A stretch of 63,978 nucleotides of DNA, counting the filler, from Intoshia linei (Eukaryota > Animalia > Orthonectida): NCBI GenBank assembly GCA_001642005.1. It is 6 parts of 6 records of this genome, joined end to end, with 100 filler letters (N's around TTAATTAATTAA, not from the genome) between each part and the next. Parts side by side here need not be neighbours in the genome. Positions count along the whole stretch, not along the records: positions 1 to 5,639 come from LWCA01001782.1; positions 5,740 to 36,774 come from LWCA01000343.1; 4 more parts are not named here. One strand, given 5' to 3'. Shown here in pieces: positions 1-11,310 of this stretch. Numbering within the stretch: the stretch's first letter is position 1; every line of letters starts with the position of its first letter. The translations under genes were made by a program, and so were the position numbers. Under the pieces are notes generated by a model that saw nothing but the letters and a program-made list of their open reading frames with translations, was not told the origin of the DNA and searched no databases.

Positions 1-45
1 AAGGGGAATTAGTTAGTAGAATTATTGCCTTAAAAATAATAAAAA

Positions 46-840
46 ATGGAAAATTCCAAACAATTTTTAATGAAGGTTATATATCAGTTAAATATTCATG
101 AATACATTAAAGGGTTGATGTGCGATACAACAGCTGTAAATAAAAGATCCAAGAATAGTGTTTTTTGTCGCTTAAAAGTAATATTCCCAAATATTATATA
201 TTACCCTTGTCGTTTACATGTTGTCGACAGGTTACTGTATCATTACATAGAAGAAATGTTCCCAATTACCTCATCTTCTCCTAATTCGGAGTATTATTTT
301 ATAAACACACTGAGAGATCAATTTGACGTTTTACTGTCTAACTATACAACATTAGATGTATCTTATTGGAAATATCCTCGCATGAACCGAAACGATTATA
401 GCGAACTTACTTTGTTAATCAAATCATATATACATTTCAGGACAACTAACAATAATCCAAATATAAAATTTAAACGTCCAGGTCCAATATGCAAAGCAAG
501 ATGGAATTCTAGAACTATATATGCTATCAAATATTATATGCTTACAAAAGATCCCAATTTACGTGAAAGCTGTAATTTTATAGCAGATTATTGGGGACCG
601 ATTTGGTTTCAATGTAGAAATGATTTGACTGCTATAAAAAAGCTTAAACCAAGATGCAATGGTAAAGTATTGGATTGCTACGAAAGACATCTTGCTATTG
701 AAACGCAACCTTTACTAAATGTGGAAATGACCAACGAGATATGCGAACGAGCATTTTCCAGCTTAGAAAAATTCGCGGATAGGCATCTCAAGGATATTGC
801 TACCAAATTTCTCATTTATGTCAATAAATCTTTTTCATAA
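46..840 (+). mobile_element. Degenerate DNA-transposon transposase fragment (hAT-fold-like, unclassified), probably within an IQCK intron
   Basis: Motifs GLMCDTTAVN, CRLHV, PGPICKARW..TIYAIK and TNEICERAF resemble the DTTxxN / CRHH / ARW / NDxAER pattern of invertebrate cut-and-paste transposases. In-frame stop upstream at 10-12; no introns. Confidence 0.6.
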
Positions 841-1960
841 TGATATTTGTTTATTATATACTGTACTAGACTGGCAATTACATTATTTTATTAGTATTAT
901 GTTCGTAAAAATTTGTCGATCGTCTCAAGTTTAATCCAATTTTATTCAAAATTATTCATATGTTGTTTGAATGTTCCAATATTTAGAAAGGAGTAAAAAC
1001 TAATTGGGAAATCACTTGTAATTCGTATAAGGGTTAATTGTAGCACCTTTATAATCTCCAAATTTTCCTTTTAACTAAAGTAACGAATCGAGCTTATTAT
1101 TAAATTGATAAACCTTAATTTTATTCGTTATTTTCAATTCTATTCATATCAGTTGAAACTTCAATATTATAATATTAAAAAAAATATGAGGCCTCAATCG
1201 AGCTATCCACGTTTGTATGCATTACAAAACAATAAATCTAATCATATGTACATTATAATATTTAGAAAGTCAATTATTGAAAAATATTAAAATGCTGTAA
1301 AATTAAAATCACAAAAATTCAAAAAAATAAATATATATTGGTGTTATATGAAAAATTAATTCATATTTTCAAAATCCGATTGGTTACCATTGATCAATTC
1401 TTATATTATTAGTTTCAAAAAATGCATAATCGTACATTGTAGCGAAGCATAAATGCTGATTTGATAATTATTTAGATTCTGTTGAGAAACTTCGATTTCA
1501 CGAAAATTAATTGTTATGAATCGGCTCCTTAACGTGTGTGGGTGTACTTTTGCATTTACGAAAAAAATTGCAAAAACTTACATCCCTAATGATCATACAA
1601 CTCATTACTGTACTAACTAATAACTAGAAATAATAAATTCAATGATTATGAAAGTTATATTCATCTTAAAGTCATTCAGTGTGCTTTTAGTTCAGTGTAG
1701 TTTTCGCATGCGACAATAATTATAATTATCATAAAACGTGATACATTTCAAAATGAAAAATTTTACATAAAAGGTAAAAATAACAAAAAAATGTTTTTGT
1801 CCATTTTGTATGTGTCAATTGGGAACATGACATGAAAATATATCATATCAACAATTTCGTGGATATAATTCTTCATTTCCGGCTTGCAAACATAAAAATT
1901 TTACGACAGGGAACAGTTTAAACCATTTTAATGTCACCTGAAACTAAAACGTAAAATTAC

Positions 1961-3275
1961 TTTTTTTTATACCATTCTCTTACAAATGGTATATCGTTTA
2001 ATTCTACATGATTTCTAACTTTTTTGTAATCTGGATTGTTTCTAAACTTGATTATAATAAAATGTTAAATTAAATTAAATTATTACATGTATAAATAGTG
2101 AGTCAAATAGTCGCATGCATTAAACCTGTCCTTCTTCTAAAAATTGCAATGATTAGTAACACGGACAATATTTTAATGTAATTGTATAATTAATAATTAT
2201 ACATCATATTTGAATATCTATTAATTATGAGTAACATTAACATAATTTTGACGATAATTTAAATTTAAATACGAAAATATAAATAATAATACATTTATGT
2301 GACTATTTAATTAATTTGTTATTTAAAATATAATAAGACTCTAAAAATATTGCTTAGATTGGATATGTTTAAAAATCATTTTGCTCGCTACATACAGATT
2401 AAAATAGGGCTAACTGTTTTAGAAAAATTTTATCTCATAGAAAACAAAGAGTATTGTATTTTAATAGTGACACTTTCAATTGTTCACTTTGCAAAATAAA
2501 TCGAAATAATTTTATGAAATAATTTGACTTATTTTTTGAAATTTAAGTTGTCATGAATTAAAATTTGAATAAAATTAGTGTAAACATTTTTAAAAATAAA
2601 TAGTCTCGCAAGGGTTAAAATTTTCGTTGAATATAGTTAAAATAAATTACCATAATAAAATCATGATTTTGTGCATATCTTAGCAAATTTTCAAGGCCTT
2701 CCATGACTAGAGGAAATAAGTATACATTGGCAAAGCTGTTTACGCTACCTATTTAATAATACATAATAAAAATTAAATTTTTTGCAATTTTAATAGACCA
2801 TAAAGAACGTCCACTACACTGCCCTTTTTAATAAAATTACACTGTTCTTTAATTACATGCAGTGTAATTTTGAATATTTTATATAATTTTAATTTTCAAT
2901 GTAAATACATTTTTTATCGTGTTCCTCGGCAGTATAATTGTTTTTAAGTGCATGTCTAACTTTTTCAAAGTGCAAATTACTTGTGTTACCAGATTTTAAT
3001 ATTTCTTTATACAAATGTGGTTTTTGAATTTCACTTTTACATTCATTTTGAATATCCTCGTGATTATTAGGTGTGTCATTAATTACATCATTGGATATTG
3101 AATTAGTGCTATCGTTCGCAGAATCGTTAGAATCATAACTGTCTAAGTGTTTTGTAATTTCTTTAAGTTTTTCTGATTCTAAACCGCTTTAATATTAAAT
3201 TTTACTCAAGTCTATATTAGTATAAATATCAAATTTCTAATATTTCAAAAATTACCTAAACATATTTCGTTCCAT
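1961..3275 (-). CDS. IQCK: IQ domain-containing protein K (partial; 3' exons not found, probably left of the window)
   Basis: GT-AG exons 3275-3256, 3186-2909, 2748-2651, 2136-2087 and 2041-1961 join in frame: ...NVYLFPLVMEGLENLLRYAQ...KKDRFNACDYLTHYLYINNPDYKK...NDIPFVREWYKK. This matches the IQCK pattern IFPVLLPG..LL..A / KRTKFxACDFLTEWLYNxNP / IPFV. Absent from the ORF track. Confidence 0.8.
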
Positions 3276-3285
3276 AAACTCCCCA

Positions 3286-3307
3286 TTTGTTTAAAGTTCT
3301 TAGTAAC
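3286..3307. promoter_or_regulatory. Candidate FOXJ1 site (TTTGTTTA) plus RFX X-box-like motif (GTTCTTAGTAAC) in a bidirectional promoter
   Basis: Lies in the 70 bp between the IQCK ATG (3275, minus) and the CFAP299 ATG (3346, plus). TAAACAAA on the minus strand at 3286-3293; GTT...GTAAC at 3296-3307. Confidence 0.45.
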
Positions 3308-3345
3308 AAAAAAAACAAATATATTAAAATTCTAAATCTGTAAAT

Positions 3346-5329
3346 ATGGATTCTGAAAATATAGGAACTGCTGAAGCAATAACTAGCGAATTTGACACCT
3401 ATGAAGATTTTTTAGATTCTCAAATTACTTCTTTGGATTTGTATTATTTAGAGGTTAAAAATTAATAATATTCAATATATTATATTAATACATGGTAGTA
3501 TCAATAGAAATGCAGTTGAACCCGTTTATAGTTTTTCAAATTTAATTTTAGTGTATTTTCTTATAAATACAGAGTTTAAACCACTTCAGTATATTATATA
3601 TTAACTATATTGACCACTTCAGCGCACGTCTCTTCATGGGTCATATATCAACCAATTCACCTGTAAAAATATAAAATTGGTCCTCATGTAGAAAATTTAA
3701 GGAAATTTGGACACCAAAACCTTAAAATTAAAAAAATTTATTTTTTGCAGTTATTTTTTCTAATGGTTTCAAATATACTCTACTGGATAGTGGTGCAATT
3801 TTGTGAATTAGAAATTTTTGTCAAAAATGAACACTAGGGTGTGAATTATAGTAGTTTTTTTGGAAATTTTATCGTGCAGGAACGGATAAAGTCGCGTATC
3901 ACAGTTTTATGGCTACACTGAAAAAAAATAATTTTGGAGAATTTTTTGCCGAGACGCTTGGCATTTTAAAAATTTCATTCAAAAATGTCCTCAAAAACTA
4001 AAGTTTTTAAAGAAAATTTTTATCAATGAAAAATTATAATTTTTATAAAATTTTAAGAATTTTAAACATTGATAAAATAAAAAGTAAATGAGGTAGAATT
4101 GAATTTAAAGATGTAAAGTGAACAACCAAAAATGACGATCAACACAAGACCAATTAAAACATAGCTAACACATTCGATGGTAACATTCCATTAAATAAAG
4201 TTATATTTTAATTTTTGTATGAAATTTTTAAAATGGCAAGCGTCTCGGCAAATTATTATCTAATTTAAATATTTTCTTTTTGTATTGTCATTTTTAATTA
4301 ATTACTCAACTTTTTCCGATCCAGTACTTCATTTTTCAAATTTTTTCATACCCCTAATGAACACCCTAATGTTCACATTTGATAGTTCATATTTAACTAA
4401 ATTGAATGAAAGGCACTCTAAAGCTAATAATCCAATTATAATTACATTTTAAGGATGAACAATTGGCTCGAACATTGGTAGAGTTAGGTCATCGCGGTAG
4501 TGGTGAAATTTTAAAAAGAGAAGATTTTATGCAAATAAAAAAAGCAAATGATATTAAAAAACCGCCAGAAAGTAGTCTAAAAAAGTATTTTTTGTTTTAC
4601 AAATGTTTAATAATTAACTTAGAACCTTATCAGCAATGAACAGAGTATATTCATGTGAATTATTGAATGAAATTTCAAAAAGGGAAGAAGCAAACAGAAA
4701 TGGAAGATTAAATGTAAAATACACACAATATCAAATATATTTTTGTATATTAATTGTAAACTTCATATTTGGCGGGTCAGAATATTTTTAAATTAATGAA
4801 CATTGAATCAGACAAATAAAATCAAAATGTTATCAAATTAGTGGGTAGTACCCACTTACCCACTGGGTACATTCGAAATATATTTTATTCATTATAGGAA
4901 CAACTTTTTAACAATAATGATTGCATTATAAATTATTATACGTGCATGTTACCGACCCTTAAATTATATTAATGGATATTAATTATAATTTGTAATGTGT
5001 GTACCAAATTGGCACTGCCAATACATTAAAATATATACACTAAATTTTTTTAATAGACGATAATATTTATACACGACAAAAATGCAAGATATCAAAATAT
5101 TTCTGGCTATATTGATTTGGCTGATAGACTAAAAAAAGACGACATTAACATGTATTTTAATGGAAAGCGCAAGTTACTTCCTAGAGCTGGTGACTTAAGT
5201 TTTTATAATTGGGACACACAAAATGTTAGTACTCAGGATTCTTCACAATATCAAGTTTTGGCGGATAATCCAAATGGTTTACGCTTTAAAAATAAAAGAG
5301 ATCGCAAAATGGTGAATGTCGATCCAAAG
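3346..5329 (+). CDS. CFAP299: Cilia- and flagella-associated protein 299 (C4orf22/DUF4464); last exon unresolved near the gap
   Basis: Exons 3346-3453, 4454-4584, 4623-4713 and 5057-5329 give [38 protein letters not shown]...REEANRNGRL.TIIFI...SGYIDLADRLK...DLSFYNW...GLRFKNKRDRKMVNVDPK. Confidence 0.92.
3835..4356. mobile_element. hAT-type MITE in CFAP299 intron 1
   Basis: TIRs TAGGGTGTGAA / TTCATACCCCTA, perfect 8-bp TSD ATGAACAC (3827-3834, 4357-4364), internal inverted repeat TTGCCGAGACGCTTG / CAAGCGTCTCGGCAA. Confidence 0.85.
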
Positions 5330-5639
5330 GTAATGGTGGATATACTTTTTATCACAATTTTTTAAATCAGGGACGGCAACGTCTTCCGTCTCGTAGGCCA
5401 CTTTTTTTATCAAAAAATTCTACGGTCCCCTTTTTTGAAAATTTACACAATAATAATAATTAATTAACATAAATAAATATTACATTTAAAATATTAGGTG
5501 ATTCACAAAGTTATGTCGTTTTTATTGATCAAATTGATTAGAAACGCTATATTACCGATAAGATTTCACATATTTCCAAATATATAATATTTTTTAACAA
5601 TCATGTGTACGACCACATCAGATGAGAACGTAATTTATT

Positions 5640-5739
5640 NNNNNNNNNNNNNNNNNNNNNNNNNNNNNNNNNNNNNNNNNNNNTTAATTAATTAANNNNN
5701 NNNNNNNNNNNNNNNNNNNNNNNNNNNNNNNNNNNNNNN
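5640..5739. other. Assembly gap with artificial six-frame stop linker (same at 36775-36874, 41259-41358, 56687-56786, 59180-59279)
   Basis: 44 N + TTAATTAATTAA + 44 N, identical in all five gaps. Confidence 0.95.
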
Positions 5740-6878
5740 AGGTGTCCAATCATTTAATTCCACAATGCATTCATATTTTAAATGGTATAAGTTTATTAAA
5801 TTTTCAAAAAATTCGTATTTTTTATTTTTTAACTTTAAATAAACACCACATATCTAACAAAATGTGTTTTTTTTAAAATAATTACAATTCATTTTTATAA
5901 TCAAAAATAAACAATAAATAAATAAAAGTATATTTAGTAAATATCATAGGCAACATAATCCTATTATGTAAAAAAGATTAATGGAATTACTTCCGATTGC
6001 GAGGGGTATATTTGATACGAAGCATATCATAGTAATCGTGAAAAAATAAGGATTATTAATATATAATTTTATCTGAGATCAATTTTTCAATGTCAGACAG
6101 TGTTATCACCCGGAAAAAACTGTAATTGAAATGTGGACTTTATAAAATTCTAAGACTGGTAGTTATTCAAATAAAGTGTAACACACACAAACAAATATTG
6201 CGTAGCATATATAAGTAAGAATGGTTATTTCCTGTTTATTTGACATTTTTATTCAAATTAAATTCTATTGTACTATTAATTAAATTATTAAATATTTAAT
6301 TGTAATAAAATTAGATTTAATGTATTTTCTTTTTTATAAAAATTTCGTGACTAGCTACTTACAATAGTGTCTCAAAACCTGACCACTTTTATAAAAATTT
6401 TTTGTCTGGTGTAGCTATTATAATAAATTATTAAATACAATTACTATGATATGTATCAGGTACAATGTACTGAACTATATTAACGTGCTTAATTAAAAGA
6501 AATTTAATTAACCTACAAGTGACAACTGTAATTTATAAATTAATACCATAATAAACCCAATACTAATGTGGATCCTTTAATACCATTGCATAGAAACAAA
6601 TTAAAAGTGTATAGTAATAATCCGTGTGAATTTTAAAATTTAAATAATGAAAAGTGAAATGAACTAAAATTGTTTCAATCAGCTAAATAAAAACTCATTT
6701 AAAAAAATTTAAAGAACAAACGGTACCGCATGATGAAAAGAATTTTTATATACTTTTTCTACTGATGTTGTAATTGTTATGGTACCTGATGCTATTTCTA
6801 ATGAACTAGTATAATTAGCGATTCATTTATATGCATTTATATAAATTTTCATTTTCATAAAAGAACGTGTACGTAATA

Positions 6879-7697
6879 ATGAGAAGAAAAAGACACTCTC
6901 TGTCTATTCTGCAAAAAATGGAAATAATTAACATGATTGACAGAGGTATGAAATATGCAGACATTGCCAGAAATTTTGATATACACAGGATGACTGTTCA
7001 AGGAATAAAAAACCGAAAAAAAGAAATTTTATCCTTAAAGAATTATGATCTTGATAAGAAGAGAATCACCCATAATCCCATAAGTTATTTAGAAAAGACT
7101 TTGTATGATTGGATTGTAAATGAAAAAAATCAAGGTAAACGTATGACTAAAAAGGAAATTAAATCCAAGGCTTTACAATTATTATCTGAACATGGGCGAG
7201 GCATATACAGGTTGAATAAACTTTTATTGTTTAAATTTAAAAATCGTTTTTATTCAATGAACAGTAAAACAAAAGACTGCGAATCTGAAGAGATATCACT
7301 TCAAAATCTCAATGTTCATGAAATTATGACACAGTTGTTTCAACAAATTAAACTGGAAATTTCAACAAAATATATACCTACAAGTGATGATAATATATGT
7401 ATGACAGAAGATGATGAAAATTTCAAAAAATGTACTTTAAAAATAAACAGGCCTTCTAATTTCGCAATGAAGTTGCGGAATTCTAGATCTAAAACTGCGA
7501 ACGAAACAGAAATCCATGGGAATAGTAACCGAGAATCAGACATTACCCAAATCTCATTATATAATGAAAAAAGTGTTGATCAGAATAGTATATTATATTA
7601 TTTTTTAATTGTATGTTTATTAGCGACTCAACTTATGAAACCTAAAACTATTTGGATGAAGATATATATGGAAAGCTCTAAGTCGAATTGTCTTTAA
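6879..7697 (+). CDS. CENP-B/Tigger-type HTH (HTH_psq + HTH_Tnp_Tc5) DNA-binding protein lacking a DDE domain
   Basis: RKRHSLSILQKMEII...GMKYADIARNFDIHRMTVQGIK and LEKTLYDWI...GKRMTKKEIKSKALQL...FKNRF. First ATG at 6879; possible 36-nt intron at 7588-7623. Confidence 0.75.
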   Translation: MRRKRHSLSILQKMEIINMIDRGMKYADIARNFDIHRMTVQGIKNRKKEILSLKNYDLDKKRITHNPISYLEKTLYDWIVNEKNQGKRMTKKEIKSKALQLLSEHGRGIYRLNKLLLFKFKNRFYSMNSKTKDCESEEISLQNLNVHEIMTQLFQQIKLEISTKYIPTSDDNICMTEDDENFKKCTLKINRPSNFAMKLRNSRSKTANETEIHGNSNRESDITQISLYNEKSVDQNSILYYFLIVCLLATQLMKPKTIWMKIYMESSKSNCL

Positions 7698-8175
7698 ATT
7701 CACCCAGACATTATCTTTTTGTTAATTTGATTACAAGTATTTTTTTGATTTATTTTTACATGTACATTTTTAGATTTTTGTCAAAAATTATCAAACATTT
7801 TTCTCTACAATTTATATATTTGTACATAAAGTTTAATAAATTTGATTCTATATTGTGTAGTATTTATCTCTGGTTTATTATTTAATTTTATATATTTACT
7901 GGTGAATATTTCAGATTCATTTTCGATTAGAGTTTCATTCCTAATTAATATTTTTTAATTTATTTCATTTATTCAGTACGATTCACTTTAATTAATAATC
8001 CTTACTTATATGCTGTAATTTAGCTACATTTTCAAGGCCAGAACCATAAATTCCACTACAAATAACATTCAAATGTATTTCAAAATTAACATTTTTGCTG
8101 ACCTGGTAACAAATTATTAAATTGAAAATAAACTATTTCAAAATAAACTTAGAAACACTAATAAAAAATAAAGTT

Positions 8176-8676
8176 ATGGATAGTGAAAAAGAAAGAGATG
8201 TAAAAACAGAAGAAATATTATGCGAAGAGCAGATTGACGACATATGTAGTAATTCACAATCAGATTTGAAATTATTTACTGGTGAAACAATTCAAAAAAA
8301 TTCTCTAATCCTAAAAATATTCCCAAACGAATTTTTTCAAGACAGCGACATGCTAATGGATAAAGACATATTAGAATCTGTATTGCCAGACAACAACTGC
8401 ATGTTGGACAAAGAAATTCCTAGTTCTGACGATGAAGATATTCTATTATCTAGCATCTTATCCTACCACGAAACAGATCAACCGAAAGACATAGTAAATG
8501 TAAACACAATAATCGATAAATTTGCACAATGCCAAAAGGAGCAATTATCTTCTAGTTCTCAATTACAAATATCTGAAAGAATAATGTCATTAAAAAATCA
8601 AATGTACATTGCTAATAACTCTGAAAGATATGAAACAGCCAGAGCTAAACTTCTTTTATCATTGCTAAAAAAATGA
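8176..8676 (+). CDS. Uncharacterised acidic protein (about 166 aa)
   Basis: Stop-free 555-nt frame in very AT-rich DNA, coding-like composition, ATG at 8176. No recognisable domain. Confidence 0.55.
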   Translation: MDSEKERDVKTEEILCEEQIDDICSNSQSDLKLFTGETIQKNSLILKIFPNEFFQDSDMLMDKDILESVLPDNNCMLDKEIPSSDDEDILLSSILSYHETDQPKDIVNVNTIIDKFAQCQKEQLSSSSQLQISERIMSLKNQMYIANNSERYETARAKLLLSLLKK

Positions 8677-9239
8677 ATTTGAAAGATGTATATTGTACAT
8701 TACTTCTAATTAATCAAACTGGTTTGTTAATTCCTATTAACTAACCTTTATTAATTGATTATAAGTTTAGCAATTAGCTTTTATCAAAGTAACTCATTTG
8801 TATCGAAAAATTTAAAATTATATATTTAAATTTTAATGTTTGTTTTTTACTTGTTATTGGTTTGTTCTGTGAGAAGCTCACATCATTTTATTGATTCAAA
8901 TGTCACATTTCAATTGTACGCAATTTCAAAGTATTTTTATATTTTGTGTTTAGGTATCCTGAATGGTCAAAGGTTTCCTCTGTAAATCTAAATAATAGTG
9001 TTGATTCGCCTGCTTATCTTAATTATTGTTTTGATTTAAATTATTTGAATTCTACCAAAAATAAAGTAAATTTATTAGAGTTGATGAAATATTAACACGT
9101 AATGAATACCCAACATGTAGAATGCGACCTAGATTAAAAAAATATTTTGTCAGTACTTCAAGTATAATTCAAAAATCAAACGGAATTTTTTTTACAAATT
9201 TTAAGTAAAATTTAAAGATGGTACCCAGTTTCAATTTTT

Positions 9240-10190
9240 AATTTAACTAGGTAATTGAGTTTTCATGGGAGTTTTTTTGACAAAAAACCTTAAATTATTT
9301 AAGTTTTTTAACGTTATTTCAAATAGATTTTTAGGGAAAGTTTGTATAATTTAACTAAAAATTGTGTTTTTTTGACAAAAAAATTTAAAATTACTTTTTT
9401 AACGTTATTTCGAATAAAATAATTGAAGATATTTTTGTGGCCAATTTGTATAATTTAACAAAAACTTGGGTTTTTATGGATATTTTTTATCAAAAAAAAC
9501 TTAAAATTAGTTTTTAAGGGTATTTCCAATATAATAATTTAAAGTAGTTTTTTAAGGGACAATTGTATAATTTAACCAAACATTGGGGTTTTTATGGTTA
9601 TTTTTTTGTCAAAAAAATGTTAAAATTAGTTTATTTATAGTTATTTCCAATAGAATAGTTTAAAGGGGACATTTATATAATTTAACTAAAAATTGTGTTT
9701 TTTTGACAAATAAATCTTAAAAGTACTTTTTTTAACGTTATTTCCAATAGAATAATTAATGAGGCATTTAAGGTACATTTGTATAATTTTACAAATAATT
9801 GAGTTTTTATGGTTATTTTTCGGCAATTAAATATTAAAATTAGTTTTTTATGGTTATTTCGATTAGAAGAATTTAAAAGGGTTTTTAGGGGACATTTGTA
9901 TAATTTAACTAAAAATTGAGTTTTTATGGATATTTTTTGGCAATTATATATTAAAATGAGTTTTTTAATGTTATTTCAAATAGAACAATTTAAAGAGATT
10001 TTTATGAATATTTTTTGACAACAAAATCTTAAAATTAATATTTTTAAGGTTATTCGAATAGAAGAATTTAAGGAGGCTTTAGGGAACATTTGTATAATTT
10101 AACTAAAAATTGGGTTTTTATGGTTATATTTTGACAAAAAATCGTAAAATTAGTTTTTTAAAGGAAATTTTCATAATAACATAATTGAAA
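9240..10190. repeat. Degenerate tandem repeat, about 8 units of 104-117 bp
   Basis: Recurring TGTATAATTTAACTAAAAATTG(G/A)GTTTTTATGG...TTAAAATTAGTTTTT...GTTATTTCCAATAG; anchors near 9343, 9447, 9564, 9674, 9780, 9897 and 10091. Confidence 0.85.
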
Positions 10191-10397
10191 CAAAAATGTA
10201 TATTTCATGGATATTTTTATTGTTGATGTCAAAATCGTTTTTTACAATACAATTTATCAAAATTAATTTTTTGTTGGATTATTTCCAATAAAAATATTTC
10301 AAGGGATAAGGAAAATTGGTAAAACCACGTTTGGCTTTAATAGTAATTAAAATTGTCACTGAAACTCAAATAACAATCGTATGGTACTACTGTGAAC

Positions 10398-10849
10398 CAG
10401 TGGCGGATCTAGGATTTTCAGCTAGAGGGGCCAAATAATTATTAGGGGCTAAACGCATATAATGTATTTAAATTGGAATTTTTTGTTATGTTTATTAAAT
10501 ATTACTATCTATAATTATAGATTAATTATAATTTATATTTTGTTCTAGTTTTCATTCTATAAAATTTTTCAACATTAAACATTCAACTGTTGAGTTGTTC
10601 AACTGCATCAAAATCGAAATTTTCTGCAAGATCTCTTTCGATTATGAACAACGTTAAGTCCGATAATTTAACTTAAACTGATGTTACTAGCATTAAAAAT
10701 AATACATAAAATAATGATAAATTATCATTATATACGTAAAACATAAACGATGGGTCCTAGAATTTTTTTTTAATTTTTCACAATGTTAATACACGAATCA
10801 AAATATTTTAGGGCACATTTGGCCGCCCCTGTACCTAGATGCGCTACTG
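10398..10849 (-). mobile_element. Internally deleted hAT (Tip100/ZMYM1-like) element
   Basis: TIRs CAGTGGCGGATCTAGG / CCTAGATGCGCTACTG (14/16); imperfect 8-bp TSD CTGTGAAC / ATGTGGAC. Minus strand at about 10590-10668 reads LSDLTLFIIERDLAENFDFDAVEQ, the hAT C-terminal dimerisation signature. Confidence 0.8.
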
Positions 10850-11310
10850 ATGTGGACCCTAACGTGTAAGTTAGAGTAGTATATCATAAGTAAGGATACG
10901 CAGGTAGCTACTGTGTCATATCTAAATAGAAATAAATAATTTTCTTGCAATGCCATTATTTGGCTAGTCATGTTATGTATTTGTATTATATTATTATGTA
11001 GTATTGTTTACAATGCTTAAATGATATGGAAAAAAATTGCAATTATTTGGTCAATAAAAACAAAAACAATTTTACTTTTAGGTTTCTTTTTAATTAATAT
11101 TGATGTATTCTCCAGCCCCAAATTAATTTGTATCTAATCTAATCATCAAATTGTAGAAACCCAACTTATCTAATCTTTAAAACAGCATTTTCAAAATGTT
11201 GTTCCATAACTAATAATGAAATAAACAGATTACACTTTCATCTTCATAATTATAATCCTAAGATTTTTTTTTTTTTAATTCTGAAATACATTTTACTAAC
11301 ATTTATTTAG

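Noticed and set aside
2799-2846. SH3-like peptide (IKKGSVVDVLY) as an extra IQCK exon
   Set aside because: Joining it from the 2908 donor creates a stop, whereas direct splicing of 2909 to 2748 keeps the frame.
5640-5739. Palindromic TTAATTAATTAA centred in N runs, five times in the window
   Set aside because: Identical 44N+12+44N layout; it is an assembler spacer with stops in all six frames, not biological.
6097-6220. Candidate last exon of CFAP299 (TVLSPGKNC...); alternative VYDHIR* near 5606-5625
   Set aside because: Neither gives a convincing in-frame C-terminus, and a gap intervenes.
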